Virus record (IMG/VR): IMGVR_UViG_2778261692_000006
DNA from: a virus
Lineage: Duplodnaviria > Heunggongvirae > Uroviricota > Caudoviricetes
DNA: 30,349 nt
Reading direction: 5' to 3' (one strand)
Every line of letters starts with the position of its first letter. Position 1 is the stretch's first letter. Shown piece after piece: positions 17,103 through 25,951 of the stretch. The notes beneath the pieces were generated by a model, which worked only from the letters and a program-made list of their open reading frames with translations, had not been told where the DNA came from and did not search any database. Position numbers and translations under genes: made by a program.

Positions 17103-17392
17103 TGGTGGATTTACGTAAAGCGGCGCGGGGGCAGATGTGCACCGTCAGAATTCCTGGCTACTGCAATCACAATCCCGAAACTTCTGTGCTGGCGCATTAC
17201 AGGCTGGCGGGGACGTGCGGAACAGCGACAAAACCACACGATATGCAGGCTGCGATTGCCTGTAGCTCATGCCACGATTTAATCGACGGGCGGGTAAAAA
17301 CCAGCGATTACACCAAAGAAGAATTACGCCTGATGCACGCAGAAGGTGTTTTTCGTACGCAAGAAATCTGGAGAAAGGAAGGTTATTTATGA
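17102..17392 (+). CDS. YbcO-like Cys-rich protein (DUF1364, putative nuclease)
   Basis: 96 aa with Cys cluster C..C...C...CSSCHD; position before Q as for DLP12 ybcO; start overlaps the upstream stop (TAATG). Confidence 0.55.
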   Translation: MVDLRKAARGQMCTVRIPGYCNHNPETSVLAHYRLAGTCGTATKPHDMQAAIACSSCHDLIDGRVKTSDYTKEELRLMHAEGVFRTQEIWRKEGYL

Positions 17393-17943
17393 TTTACCCA
17401 ACAAATACAGGCAAAAGCGGGGAACACCTTCGTCTCACCACGCTGGAAAGTGTCTGGATTCAGGGAAAACTGCGCATGTGGGGGCGCTGGTCGTATATTG
17501 GCGGCGGTAAGACGGGGAATATGTTTAACCAGTTGCTGGCATCCAAAAAATTGACGAAAACAGCCATCAATGAAGCCCTGCGCAGAATGAAAAAAGTGGG
17601 AATGGATAAAATTGAGCTGGAAGCGTTTTTGCGAGAGATGATCAATGGCAAGCAAAAGACCTGGCTGGCGCATTGTACTGATGCAGAGGCGTTATGTATT
17701 GATCGAGTCATAAGTGAGGTGCTGGCAGAGCATCCTGGATTGATTAGTGTCCTCCGGCAACGGTATGAAGGGCGGGGGATGACTAAGCGCAAAATGGCTG
17801 AATTGCTAAATGATGCACATCCTGAGTGGTGTTACGCCACGTGCCGTAATCGCATAGATGCGTGGTTGAAAATGGCAGAGTTTATGCTCTATCTGCCGAT
17901 GCGTGATGCATTCTCTTCCGGGGATCTAAAAACCGTCTGTTGA
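17389..17943 (+). CDS. Q-like late-gene antiterminator
   Basis: 184 aa from MIYPTNTGK (ATGA overlap with YbcO-like stop); position immediately upstream of terminator hairpins and the late region; contains a W..GRW motif. Confidence 0.5.
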   Translation: MIYPTNTGKSGEHLRLTTLESVWIQGKLRMWGRWSYIGGGKTGNMFNQLLASKKLTKTAINEALRRMKKVGMDKIELEAFLREMINGKQKTWLAHCTDAEALCIDRVISEVLAEHPGLISVLRQRYEGRGMTKRKMAELLNDAHPEWCYATCRNRIDAWLKMAEFMLYLPMRDAFSSGDLKTVC

Positions 17944-18029
17944 CTCAATCTGTTATCCGGGGCTATATTCCTCACGCGCCAGCAAAATCTGGCGTCGGGA
18001 TTGGCGTCCCGGATGAAAAAGGCGACAAC

Positions 18030-18050
18030 AGACGCGCCAGCGTCTTTTTT
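18030..18050 (+). terminator. tR'-like terminator downstream of Q
   Basis: Stem AGACGC / GCGTCT with loop GCCA followed by TTTTTT; another hairpin CGCCAG caaaat CTGGCG lies about 40 nt upstream. Confidence 0.5.
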
Positions 18051-18208
18051 ATTGTCGTTTGCACTGTCACATCTCAATGGTGGGCTGTGTGGGGGCGGAG
18101 CGATCCGCGCCGGTTCCTTTTTCCCGGTTACGCCAACCCTGCACAGTTCACCACCATACTGATTGGCGTCAGCAGTGGTGATGATTCACATAGAAAAAGG
18201 ATCATCCT

Positions 18209-18763
18209 ATGGCTATTCAAATCTCAGTTGAAACTCTTTCCCCGATCACCCATAACCAAATCCCTGTCATTACTACCGAGCTTTTGGCACAACTTTATGG
18301 CACCGAAACTAATAACATCAAAGTGAACTATACACGCAATGCCGAGCGTTTTGTTTGTGGGAAACACTACTTCAAATTGGAAGGGGCTGAGTTGCGGGAA
18401 TTTAAGAACAAGGTTACTCAAAGTAACTTAGTTGCACCGCGTACAAAGCACCTCATCCTCTGGACAGAACGCGGAGCAGCCCGTCACGCCAAAATGCTGG
18501 AAACCGATCAGGCGTGGGAAGTGTTCGAAAAACTGGAAGACTGCTATTTCAGACAAAAGGATCCGTCAGCGCCAGCTTCATGCCAGAAAAGTTACGACAC
18601 GCGAGTTCTCTGTTATCAGCGAGGCGGTGTCACTGTTTCCACAATTCAGTTGCGGGATGATGATATTGTTATTTCCCTTGAGTCATGGCTGGAACTGGCG
18701 AGAGCCAATGGTTGGTTTGTTGTTCGCAGAGATAAACTGGTGGAAAGGCTGATGCAGCTTTAA
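18209..18763 (+). CDS. ORF6N-domain protein (antirepressor-like N-terminal domain)
   Basis: 184 aa; N-terminal 100 aa fit the ORF6N pattern as recalled (IPVITTELLAQLYG...HYFKLEGAELREFK...LILWTERGAARHAKMLETDQAWEVFEKLEDCYF); AAGGA Shine-Dalgarno. Confidence 0.5.
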   Translation: MAIQISVETLSPITHNQIPVITTELLAQLYGTETNNIKVNYTRNAERFVCGKHYFKLEGAELREFKNKVTQSNLVAPRTKHLILWTERGAARHAKMLETDQAWEVFEKLEDCYFRQKDPSAPASCQKSYDTRVLCYQRGGVTVSTIQLRDDDIVISLESWLELARANGWFVVRRDKLVERLMQL

Positions 18764-18859
18764 AAAAGTTCTTGCAATTTTAGCCATAAACTGCTTCAAT
18801 TCCGTTACGCTTCGCAAAGCTGTATCGCGAGGCGAACCAAGCGCATGAACTTTACCAGA

Positions 18860-18886
18860 ACCCGCCATTGAGCGGGTTTTGTTGTT
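18860..18886 (+). terminator. Rho-independent terminator after the ORF6N gene
   Basis: Stem ACCCGC / GCGGGT with loop CATTGA followed by TTTTGTTGTTT. Confidence 0.6.
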
Positions 18887-18900
18887 TCTGGAGAACACCC

Positions 18901-19173
18901 ATGAAATTTTATGAATTATCTTCTGATTCCCGATCTCAGGCCAAAATCACACTGGGTCAGTTGATTGTGGCTCGGGCTAACACCGGGGTGGATGATTTTG
19001 AAAATTTGAGGCATTGCATCGCTGCCGCGTTTATTGCGATGGAGCGCCATGAAAGCGCCCCTGAGGTTGGTGAGGGGCGTAGCGGGAACGGAATACCCGT
19101 TAATGGCGATCAAAAACTAGCATCCAACGTCGTGAACGTGATGATTCACTATCCGTGTGACTCTATAGCGTGA
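18901..19173 (+). CDS. Hypothetical 91-aa protein (moron)
   Basis: ATG at 18901 with GGAGA upstream (track ORF from 18868); no family recognised. Confidence 0.5.
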   Translation: MKFYELSSDSRSQAKITLGQLIVARANTGVDDFENLRHCIAAAFIAMERHESAPEVGEGRSGNGIPVNGDQKLASNVVNVMIHYPCDSIA

Positions 19174-19229
19174 CAGCGACAGTAAATTGGGTAAAATTTT
19201 CTACGCTGCAATATGCGAAAGGGGATGAA

Positions 19230-19799
19230 ATGAACGATCTGCCCGATGACTACTTTCTTGATGCTGACGATGATCTTGTCGATTTTCTTGAAAAACAGGG
19301 TGAAGACTGCATAGGTGAAATCTATCGGTCAAATTCAGTAAATAAAGAAAATGGCTATAAGCTGTTGAGCATCCTAATCGTCGGTATTGGATCTTCATTT
19401 TTGCTGTTAACGCAAAAGACGCAGATTGACTTTCTTAGCGCAGGCATTGCCGTTTTCACCGTGTACTGGTCAGTTTGTGCTATTTATCTTGTTATTAATG
19501 TGCTGACGGTTCACACATACGGACTTGTTTCCACATCACCTGCAGATTTGTATACCGAAGCTTATAAAGGGATTTGCGAGTCCGATTTCGAGAACCTTAA
19601 GGCAAGGGGTTTTGTCGGTAAAAATGACCGCCTTTCAGTGATGAGGCGGTACAGATTGAAAACGTTATGTGTGACTGCTGATGAGTTGCTCCAGGTCAAT
19701 GAAACCATAAGAACCAGACTGAAAAAAGCAAGGATAGCGACTATCCTTGCTCCTGTTTACGCGATTATTATTTCAGCTATCACTTACCTTTTTTTCTGA
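19230..19799 (+). CDS. Hypothetical membrane protein with acidic N-terminus and three predicted transmembrane segments (moron)
   Basis: ATG at 19230 with AAAGGGGA upstream (alternative GTG at 19170 overlaps the upstream stop); hydrophobic segments LLSILIVGIGSSFLLL, AGIAVFTVYWSVCAIYLVINVL and IATILAPVYAIIISAITYLFF. Confidence 0.55.
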   Translation: MNDLPDDYFLDADDDLVDFLEKQGEDCIGEIYRSNSVNKENGYKLLSILIVGIGSSFLLLTQKTQIDFLSAGIAVFTVYWSVCAIYLVINVLTVHTYGLVSTSPADLYTEAYKGICESDFENLKARGFVGKNDRLSVMRRYRLKTLCVTADELLQVNETIRTRLKKARIATILAPVYAIIISAITYLFF

Positions 19800-19926
19800 T
19801 TCCTTCAGCGGAATCACCAACGATCCTTCTACCGACTGAAAAACGGTCGGGTTGAACTGGGGCCGGTTTTTGCTGCTGTGTTGGCTGTGGCTTGCTTTCA
19901 CCTGCCGGCTTGTTTGACTGGCTCAT
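19780..19926 (-). CDS. Candidate 48-aa Pro/Gln-rich basic protein, convergent with the membrane-protein gene
   Basis: Hand translation MSQSNKPAGESKPQPTQQQKPAPVQPDRFSVGRRIVGDSAEGIRKKGK; GGAGA Shine-Dalgarno 5 nt upstream; palindrome GATAAGGTTATC just upstream; below the ORF-track cutoff. Confidence 0.3.
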   Translation of the reverse strand: MSQSNKPAGESKPQPTQQQKPAPVQPDRFSVGRRIVGDSAEGIRKKGK

Positions 19927-20020
19927 CTAATTCTCCATATTTGATAAGGTTATCTTTGGCGATTTAACGATATCAAACACGAGGATATACCGCCAGAAGC
20001 TTAATCTGGCACTCCATCTG

Positions 20021-20045
20021 GCCCCGGCATGTCCCGGGGCTTTTT
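20021..20045 (+). terminator. Strong Rho-independent terminator upstream of the lysis cassette
   Basis: 7-bp GC stem GCCCCGG / CCGGGGC with loop CATGTC followed by TTTTT. Confidence 0.7.
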
Positions 20046-20143
20046 CGTTGTTAGGCTCCGGAAACATCCTCGACTTCTTGTGAGCAAGCCTGAGGGCCTG
20101 AATCTTACACTTAGCACCATCCGAACTCTCGGAGGTGAGGCTT

Positions 20144-20485
20144 ATGAAAATGCACAATGCCCCTCATTCCTGGCCTGACTTACTGGAACTCTTACAAAGT
20201 TGGTGGCGTGGAGATACGCCGCTGGGCGCAGTGGTTATGTCAATTATTATGGCTGGTTTGCGCATTGCCTATTTTGGCGGTGGCGGCGGCTGGAAACGAA
20301 AAACGCTTGAGATTCTGCTTTGTGGTGCTCTGACGCTGACCTTTGCATCCGCGCTTGAGTATGTCGGATGGCCTAAATCACTTTCTGTTGCCATTGGTGG
20401 TGGGGTGGGGCTGATTGGTGTTGATGCTATTCGTGGTGCGGCAATGAGGGTCATCGGTAACAAGTTCGGTGCCCATAAGGAGTAA
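20144..20485 (+). CDS. Holin, lambda S-like with Met-Lys-Met dual-start motif
   Basis: MKMHNAP... with GGAGG 8 nt upstream; hydrophobic segments; directly precedes the endolysin gene (track ORF from a GTG at 20135). Confidence 0.7.
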   Translation: MKMHNAPHSWPDLLELLQSWWRGDTPLGAVVMSIIMAGLRIAYFGGGGGWKRKTLEILLCGALTLTFASALEYVGWPKSLSVAIGGGVGLIGVDAIRGAAMRVIGNKFGAHKE

Positions 20486-20488
20486 TTA

Positions 20489-20965
20489 ATGCAGACACTT
20501 AATTCCCAGCGTAAAGCTTTCCTTGATATGGTGGCATGGTCAGAAGGAACAGATAACGGACGGCAGAAAACCAGAAATCACGGTTATGATGTTATTGTCG
20601 GTGGCGAACTGTTCACTGATTACTCCGATCACCCCCGCAAACTTGTCACGCTAAATCCGAAACTCAAATCAACAGCCGCCGGACGTTACCAGCTTCTTTC
20701 ACGCTGGTGGGATGCCTACCGCAAGCAACTTGGTCTGAAAGATTTTTCTCCAGAAAGCCAGGATGCTGTAGCGCTGCAGCAGATTAAAGAGCGTGGCGCT
20801 TTACCGATGATTGACCGCGGCGATATTCGTCAGGCAATCGACCGTTGCAGCAATATCTGGGCTTCGTTGCCGGGCGCTGGTTACGGTCAGTATGAACATA
20901 GAATCGGTGACCTGATTGCCCGATTTAAAGAAGCTGGTGGGGGGGTAAATGAAGCTGAGATATAA
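20489..20965 (+). CDS. R: Endolysin, lambda R-type lytic transglycosylase
   Basis: 158 aa, near-identical over long stretches to lambda R as recalled (NSQRKAFLDMVAWSEGTDNGRQKTRNHGYDVIVGGELFTDYSDHPRKLVTLNPKLKS...). Confidence 0.9.
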   Translation: MQTLNSQRKAFLDMVAWSEGTDNGRQKTRNHGYDVIVGGELFTDYSDHPRKLVTLNPKLKSTAAGRYQLLSRWWDAYRKQLGLKDFSPESQDAVALQQIKERGALPMIDRGDIRQAIDRCSNIWASLPGAGYGQYEHRIGDLIARFKEAGGGVNEAEI

Positions 20966-21341
20966 GCTGGTTATTGTTGCCTTCTTTGTTACCGTCATCG
21001 GTTCTTTTATCTGGTCTGCCGGGCATTACTACAGCAAATATCAGCACGAAAAGGAGCGCGCTGATGAGGCTGTACGAAATGCTGAATCTGCAACAGCCAT
21101 TACCAGTAACGTCCTGCAATCACTGCAAATCATCAATACAGTTATAGAGGCTAACCAGCATGCAAAACAGCAGAGCGCACTGGAGTCACAGAGAACCCAG
21201 GAAGATATCAAAGTGGCTGTTGCGGATGATGATTGCGCTGTTCGTGTTGTTCCTTCTGGCGCAGTTAAGCGGTTGCACGAATACGCGAACGGTATACGTG
21301 TCGGTGCCGGTCATTCCGTTACCAGCAAGTCTGACGGCTGA
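20949..21341 (+). CDS. Rz-like inner-membrane spanin
   Basis: 130 aa with N-terminal transmembrane segment and helical region; follows the endolysin gene with 17-nt overlap. Confidence 0.6.
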   Translation: MKLRYKLVIVAFFVTVIGSFIWSAGHYYSKYQHEKERADEAVRNAESATAITSNVLQSLQIINTVIEANQHAKQQSALESQRTQEDIKVAVADDDCAVRVVPSGAVKRLHEYANGIRVGAGHSVTSKSDG

Positions 21342-21504
21342 AACACCCCAGCCAGATTTACCCGACCCGTTTACGTGGGGAGCCAGCCTTAACCTGAATG
21401 TTGCGTTGTTGTCAGCGTTAGCACAGTGCAACAGGGATAAGGCTGATATCAGGATTTTTGAGAAAAACAGGGCAGCACAAACCAATGGCACGATTAAACG
21501 TTGA
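21226..21504 (+). CDS. Rz1-like outer-membrane lipoprotein spanin, overlapping Rz in another frame
   Basis: Start MMIALFVLFLLAQLSGC with lipobox LSGC; Pro-rich mature part; begins inside Rz and extends 163 nt beyond its stop. Confidence 0.5.
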   Translation: MMIALFVLFLLAQLSGCTNTRTVYVSVPVIPLPASLTAETPQPDLPDPFTWGASLNLNVALLSALAQCNRDKADIRIFEKNRAAQTNGTIKR

Positions 21505-21670
21505 AGTTATCCCACCAGACAGCGAAACGATGAACGAGATTTTTGCAGAGATTGAACGTAAATATGCGCATCAGCCGATGACGCCAAAAGTTATCGATGA
21601 AATGCAACGCGAAGCGGCGCGCCTTGTAAGGCGAGTGACAAACACGAAGGTTACGTTTGTTCGGGACTGA
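21485..21670 (+). CDS. Small hypothetical protein
   Basis: ORF from MARLNVEV overlapping the Rz1-like 3' end; no family recognised. Confidence 0.3.
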   Translation: MARLNVEVIPPDSETMNEIFAEIERKYAHQPMTPKVIDEMQREAARLVRRVTNTKVTFVRD

Positions 21671-21727
21671 CATTACAGAAGCTCCTTTGATAAGGGGCTT
21701 CGATAATGTCACTAAGAGGAAAAATTC

Positions 21728-22477
21728 ATGGCAAAACCGGACTGGGAGGCCATCGAATCGGCATACCGGGCCGGAGTCCTTAGCCTCCGTGATATAGGCG
21801 AGAAATACGGCGTTACAGAAGGGGCTATCAGGAAGAGGGCCAAAAAGCTTGGTTGGGTACGCAGTGGCGGTACGCAGGTTTGCAAAAATGGTACGCAAAA
21901 AAGAAAAGTGCGTACCAGCAGAAAGCCTGCCATTACTGGCCTTACACAAAAAGGTACGCAACCAAAAACAGAACCTACACTGGATACGAAACCGATACGC
22001 GGAATGCGTACCGATCCCCCGACTAACCCATTCCAACCCGGTAACCAGCAGGCATTAAAACACGGTGGTTATGCCCGTCGCCTTCTGCTCAAAGATGAGG
22101 TGATAGAGGACGCTAAAGCGTTGACGCTCGAGGACGAATTATTTCGCCTTCGTGCTAACAACCTTGTCGCTGCAGAGAATATTGGTCGGTGGCTGGTGTC
22201 GCTGGAAGATGCTAATGGGGACCAGGAAAGGAAGATGCTGATGGAAAATATCAGCGCCGCCGAGAAAGCAATGATGCGCAATACAGTTCGTATTGAGTCC
22301 ATCGTTGGCACGCTTGCGACGGTAGGAAAAATATTTGCTGATACAGCCTACCGCAAGGCCGCCACTGATAAGGTGTCTCTGGAGGCTGATCGTCTTCGCC
22401 GTGATGCAGGTATTGATGATGGCAATGGAGAGCGTGACCTCAATGACTTCTACTCTGACATCCAAACCGACGCTTAA
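21728..22477 (+). CDS. Terminase small subunit
   Basis: N-terminal HTH-like segment VLSLRDIGEKYGVTEGAIRKRAKKLGW; directly upstream of and overlapping the large terminase gene. Confidence 0.6.
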   Translation: MAKPDWEAIESAYRAGVLSLRDIGEKYGVTEGAIRKRAKKLGWVRSGGTQVCKNGTQKRKVRTSRKPAITGLTQKGTQPKTEPTLDTKPIRGMRTDPPTNPFQPGNQQALKHGGYARRLLLKDEVIEDAKALTLEDELFRLRANNLVAAENIGRWLVSLEDANGDQERKMLMENISAAEKAMMRNTVRIESIVGTLATVGKIFADTAYRKAATDKVSLEADRLRRDAGIDDGNGERDLNDFYSDIQTDA

Positions 22478-23846
22478 TCCGGCTTTACGTAGTTTCTGGA
22501 CTACGCGGGCACGTAACAAAGTGCTTTATGGTGGCCGGTCATCGTCAAAATCATGGGATGCCGCTGGCATTGCCATATTTCTGTCGAATAAATACACCCT
22601 GCGTTTTTGTTGTGCCCGTCAGATCCAGAATAAAATCGAAGAGTCGGTTTATACCCTGCTCAAAATTCAGATAGACAGGTTTGGCCTGCGGCACCGTTTC
22701 CGGATTCTGAACAACAAAATCATTAACCGGGTTACTGGCTCGGAATTTGTTTTTTATGGATTATGGCGCAACATCGAAGAAATTAAATCACTGGAGGGGA
22801 TCGATGTGTTGTGGCTGGAAGAAGCCCACGCACTGACGGAATACCAGTGGAAAATTCTGGAGCCAACGATCCGTAAAGAGGGTTCGGAATGCTGGTTCAT
22901 ATTCAACCCCGGACTTGTTACTGATTTCGTCTGGCGCAACTTCGTTGTTGATCCGCCCGAAGGCACTCTCATCCGCAAAATTAACTATGACGAAAATCCG
23001 TTTCTGTCTGACACCATGCTTAAGGTTATCGACGCGGCGCGACGCCGTGATCCGGATGGTTTTAAACATGTGTATGAGGGCGTTCCGGAGTCTGATGATG
23101 ATGCGGCAATCATCAAACTGTCCTGGATAGAAGCCGCAGTGGATGCGCACAAAACGTTAAATTTCGAACCCAGTGGAAGAAAGCGTATTGGCTTTGACGT
23201 GGCTGACAGTGGTACAGATAAGTGCGCTAACGTTTACCGTCACGGATCCGTTGTTTTCTGGGCCGACGAATGGAAGGCCAAAGAAGATGAATTACTGAAG
23301 AGCTGCCAGCGTACTTATCAGGCGGCGCTGGAGCGTGAAGCAGATATTGTTTACGACTCTATCGGTGTTGGTGCGTCTGCCGGTGCTAAATTCTCTGAAA
23401 TTAACGCTGACCGGAAGAGCGAGAATGCATACGCGCGACGTGTGAATTACCAGAGGTTTAACGCTGGTGCTGGTGTGCATGAACCAGATGACGAATACAA
23501 CGGCATCCCCAACAAAGACTTTTTCGCAAATCTTAAGGCTCAGGCATGGTGGCTGGTGGCTGACCGTTTCAGAAATACGTTTAACGCCATTAACAACGGA
23601 GAACAGTATCCTGTGGATGAGCTGATCAGCATAGATTCTCGTTGTCCGTTGCTTGAAAAGCTGAAACTGGAACTGACAACACCTCATCGCGATTTTGACC
23701 GTAACGGACGTGTGATGGTCGAAAGTAAAAAAGACCTCGCAAAACGCGAGATACCGTCACCAAACGTTGCTGACGCATTCATTATGGCCTTCGCGCCAAT
23801 TGATACATCGCTGGATATCTGGGAACAGCTGGGGAGACAGGCCTGA
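22443..23846 (+). CDS. Terminase large subunit
   Basis: Walker A-like LYGGRSSSKSWDAAG and Walker B-like IDVLWLEEAH; acidic residues of a C-terminal nuclease domain; start uncertain within 22335-22445. Confidence 0.85.
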   Translation: MTSTLTSKPTLNPALRSFWTTRARNKVLYGGRSSSKSWDAAGIAIFLSNKYTLRFCCARQIQNKIEESVYTLLKIQIDRFGLRHRFRILNNKIINRVTGSEFVFYGLWRNIEEIKSLEGIDVLWLEEAHALTEYQWKILEPTIRKEGSECWFIFNPGLVTDFVWRNFVVDPPEGTLIRKINYDENPFLSDTMLKVIDAARRRDPDGFKHVYEGVPESDDDAAIIKLSWIEAAVDAHKTLNFEPSGRKRIGFDVADSGTDKCANVYRHGSVVFWADEWKAKEDELLKSCQRTYQAALEREADIVYDSIGVGASAGAKFSEINADRKSENAYARRVNYQRFNAGAGVHEPDDEYNGIPNKDFFANLKAQAWWLVADRFRNTFNAINNGEQYPVDELISIDSRCPLLEKLKLELTTPHRDFDRNGRVMVESKKDLAKREIPSPNVADAFIMAFAPIDTSLDIWEQLGRQA

Positions 23847-25312
23847 TGGCACGAAACAAACAAGCCCTGCGGCGAACTGCGCAGGCCACAGCTGATGGTT
23901 ATGAGAATTTTATTGCCCGCGTAGGGATGCAGACACCTAACCAGCACTCAGCATCCACCTACCGGGCTAATTTCACCAGTCGTAACCGCATGCTGGTGGA
24001 ATGGTCCTATCGTTCGTCCTGGATCATCGGCGAAGCGGTCGATGCTATCCCGGATGATATGACCCGCAAAGGTATTCGCATCACTTCGGAAATTGATGCA
24101 AAAGATCGCGGCATTCTCGAATCACAACTGGATGAGTTGCAAATCTGGGATGCGCTGAATGACGTGCTGAAATGGTCGCGCCTCTATGGCGGCGCGGTGG
24201 GTTTCATCATGATTGAGGGGCAGGCACCAATGACCCCGCTGCGGCTCGAAACCATTGGAGAAGGCAAGTTTAAGGGCATTCTCCCGCTCGACCGCTGGAT
24301 GATTAACCCAGTGCTGACCCGCCGCATTAAAGATATGGGGCCGGACCTGGGTAAACCTGAGTTTTACGATGTGGTGACCACAGCAACGGGAATTCCTGCC
24401 TGGCGCATTCATCACAGTCGTCTGATTCGCTTTGATGGCGTCACGCTGCCATTCCAGCAGAAGATGACCGAGAACGAATGGGGAATGTCGGTTGTAGAGC
24501 GTATCTGGGATCGTCTTACCGCGTTCGACAGCGCTACTGTCGGCGCGGCGCAGCTGGTCTACAAGGCGCATCTGCGCACCTACAGCGTGGAGAAGCTACG
24601 CGAGCTTATCGCACTTGGTGGTCCTGCGTATGAAGCGTTGCTGAAGAATATCGACCTGATTCGACAGTTCCAAAGCAATGAAGGCATGACGCTCATGGAC
24701 TCGCGGGATAAGTTTGAAACGCATCAGTACAGCTTCAGTGGTCTGGATGACATCCTATCACAGTTTGCAGAACAGATTAGTGGCGCTGTTGGTATCCCAC
24801 TGGTGCGGTTGTTCGGACAGTCCCCGAAAGGATTTTCTACCGGTGATGCAGACCTTGCCAACTATTACGACCGCATCAGTTCGTTGCAGGAGAGGCGTTT
24901 ACGTCTTCCGGTGCGTCGGATACTGGACATCATGCATCGTTCGGAACTTGGCAAGCCGCTCCCGGATGATTTCACGTTTGAGTTTAACCCGCTCTGGCAA
25001 ATGTCTGATGTCGATCGCTCAACGGTGGCGTTAAACACCACCAACGCAATCAGTACGGCGCTGGGTGATGGTCTGATGACACTGAAAGCCGCTATGACTG
25101 ATTTGCGCGAAAATTCTGACGTAACCGGCATCGGGGCATCCATTACCGACGAGGACATCGAGAATGCCGAAGATGAAGCGCCGCCCGGCATCGGCGAACC
25201 TGATGACGAACCGCAGGAACCGTCAGGCGGAAATCCGCTATCGAACCAGCCTACGCAGGATAGCGCGGACGGTCGGAGACATCGTAAATGGTCGCTACGA
25301 TGGTTCAAATGA
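23846..25312 (+). CDS. Portal protein
   Basis: 488-aa ORF directly after the large terminase with 1-nt overlap and before the head-morphogenesis gene; acidic C-terminal tail. Confidence 0.65.
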   Translation: MARNKQALRRTAQATADGYENFIARVGMQTPNQHSASTYRANFTSRNRMLVEWSYRSSWIIGEAVDAIPDDMTRKGIRITSEIDAKDRGILESQLDELQIWDALNDVLKWSRLYGGAVGFIMIEGQAPMTPLRLETIGEGKFKGILPLDRWMINPVLTRRIKDMGPDLGKPEFYDVVTTATGIPAWRIHHSRLIRFDGVTLPFQQKMTENEWGMSVVERIWDRLTAFDSATVGAAQLVYKAHLRTYSVEKLRELIALGGPAYEALLKNIDLIRQFQSNEGMTLMDSRDKFETHQYSFSGLDDILSQFAEQISGAVGIPLVRLFGQSPKGFSTGDADLANYYDRISSLQERRLRLPVRRILDIMHRSELGKPLPDDFTFEFNPLWQMSDVDRSTVALNTTNAISTALGDGLMTLKAAMTDLRENSDVTGIGASITDEDIENAEDEAPPGIGEPDDEPQEPSGGNPLSNQPTQDSADGRRHRKWSLRWFK

Positions 25313-25937
25313 CAGTATCACGGAAATTATTGAGGCGCTGGAACGCTACAGTAAAATCATCACCCCCTGGGCGACAAAGGTCGCGGAAAACTTTACTGCG
25401 GACCTGACCCGGCAGAACGAGAAAGCTTGGCGGCAACACAGCAAGAACATCAGTCGCGAGCTCCGCAATCTTGTGGAAAGCGCTCCTGTGGGCCAGGTGA
25501 TGCAATCCATCATCGCCGAACAGGTCAAGTACATCAAATCGCTCCCCCTCGAGGCGGCTGACAGGGTGTACGACATCCAGAATCGGGCGACAGAAGCTGT
25601 TGTGACCGGCGGGAGAGCAGAACATTTTGCTAAAGAAATAGCCGCATCGGGTGATATAGCAAAGTCCAGAGTTGACCTGATTGCCCGTACTGAACTTGGA
25701 CGTGCAACCGGCGCGCTGGATCAGGCGCGTGCGCTGTCAATTGGTTCGAATGGTTATATCTGGCGTACAGCCGAAGATGGTGACGTCAGGCATTCTCATC
25801 GGGAAATGGAAGGTAAATTTGTCGAATGGGGCAAACCTCCAACGCTTGATGGCATGACCGGTCACGCTGGCGAGCTCCCGAATTGTCGCTGTTATAAAGA
25901 AATCGTTTTTCCCACCTCCCATTCTTATCCCGCCTGA
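25164..25937 (+). CDS. Minor head / head morphogenesis protein (Mu F / SPP1 gp7-like)
   Basis: Position after the portal gene; family assignment by position and general resemblance; true start uncertain within 25164-25210, overlapping the portal 3' end. Confidence 0.6.
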   Translation: MPKMKRRPASANLMTNRRNRQAEIRYRTSLRRIARTVGDIVNGRYDGSNDSITEIIEALERYSKIITPWATKVAENFTADLTRQNEKAWRQHSKNISRELRNLVESAPVGQVMQSIIAEQVKYIKSLPLEAADRVYDIQNRATEAVVTGGRAEHFAKEIAASGDIAKSRVDLIARTELGRATGALDQARALSIGSNGYIWRTAEDGDVRHSHREMEGKFVEWGKPPTLDGMTGHAGELPNCRCYKEIVFPTSHSYPA

Positions 25938-25951
25938 ATCGCAGGTAACAC

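Noticed and set aside
17269-17388. N-terminal extension of the Q-like ORF (track ORF from 17269)
   Set aside because: It overlaps the YbcO-like gene in another frame; the ATG at 17389 gives a stop/start overlap (ATGA) typical of coupled phage genes.
18030-20143. Shiga toxin or other known toxin cargo between Q and the holin
   Set aside because: No A/B-subunit ORF pair with signal peptides of the expected sizes is present; the genes here are an ORF6N-domain protein and uncharacterised small proteins.
21494-22519. Minus-strand ORFs 21494..22036 and 22139..22519
   Set aside because: Antisense to the small-terminase gene within a uniformly plus-strand late operon; likely chance open frames.
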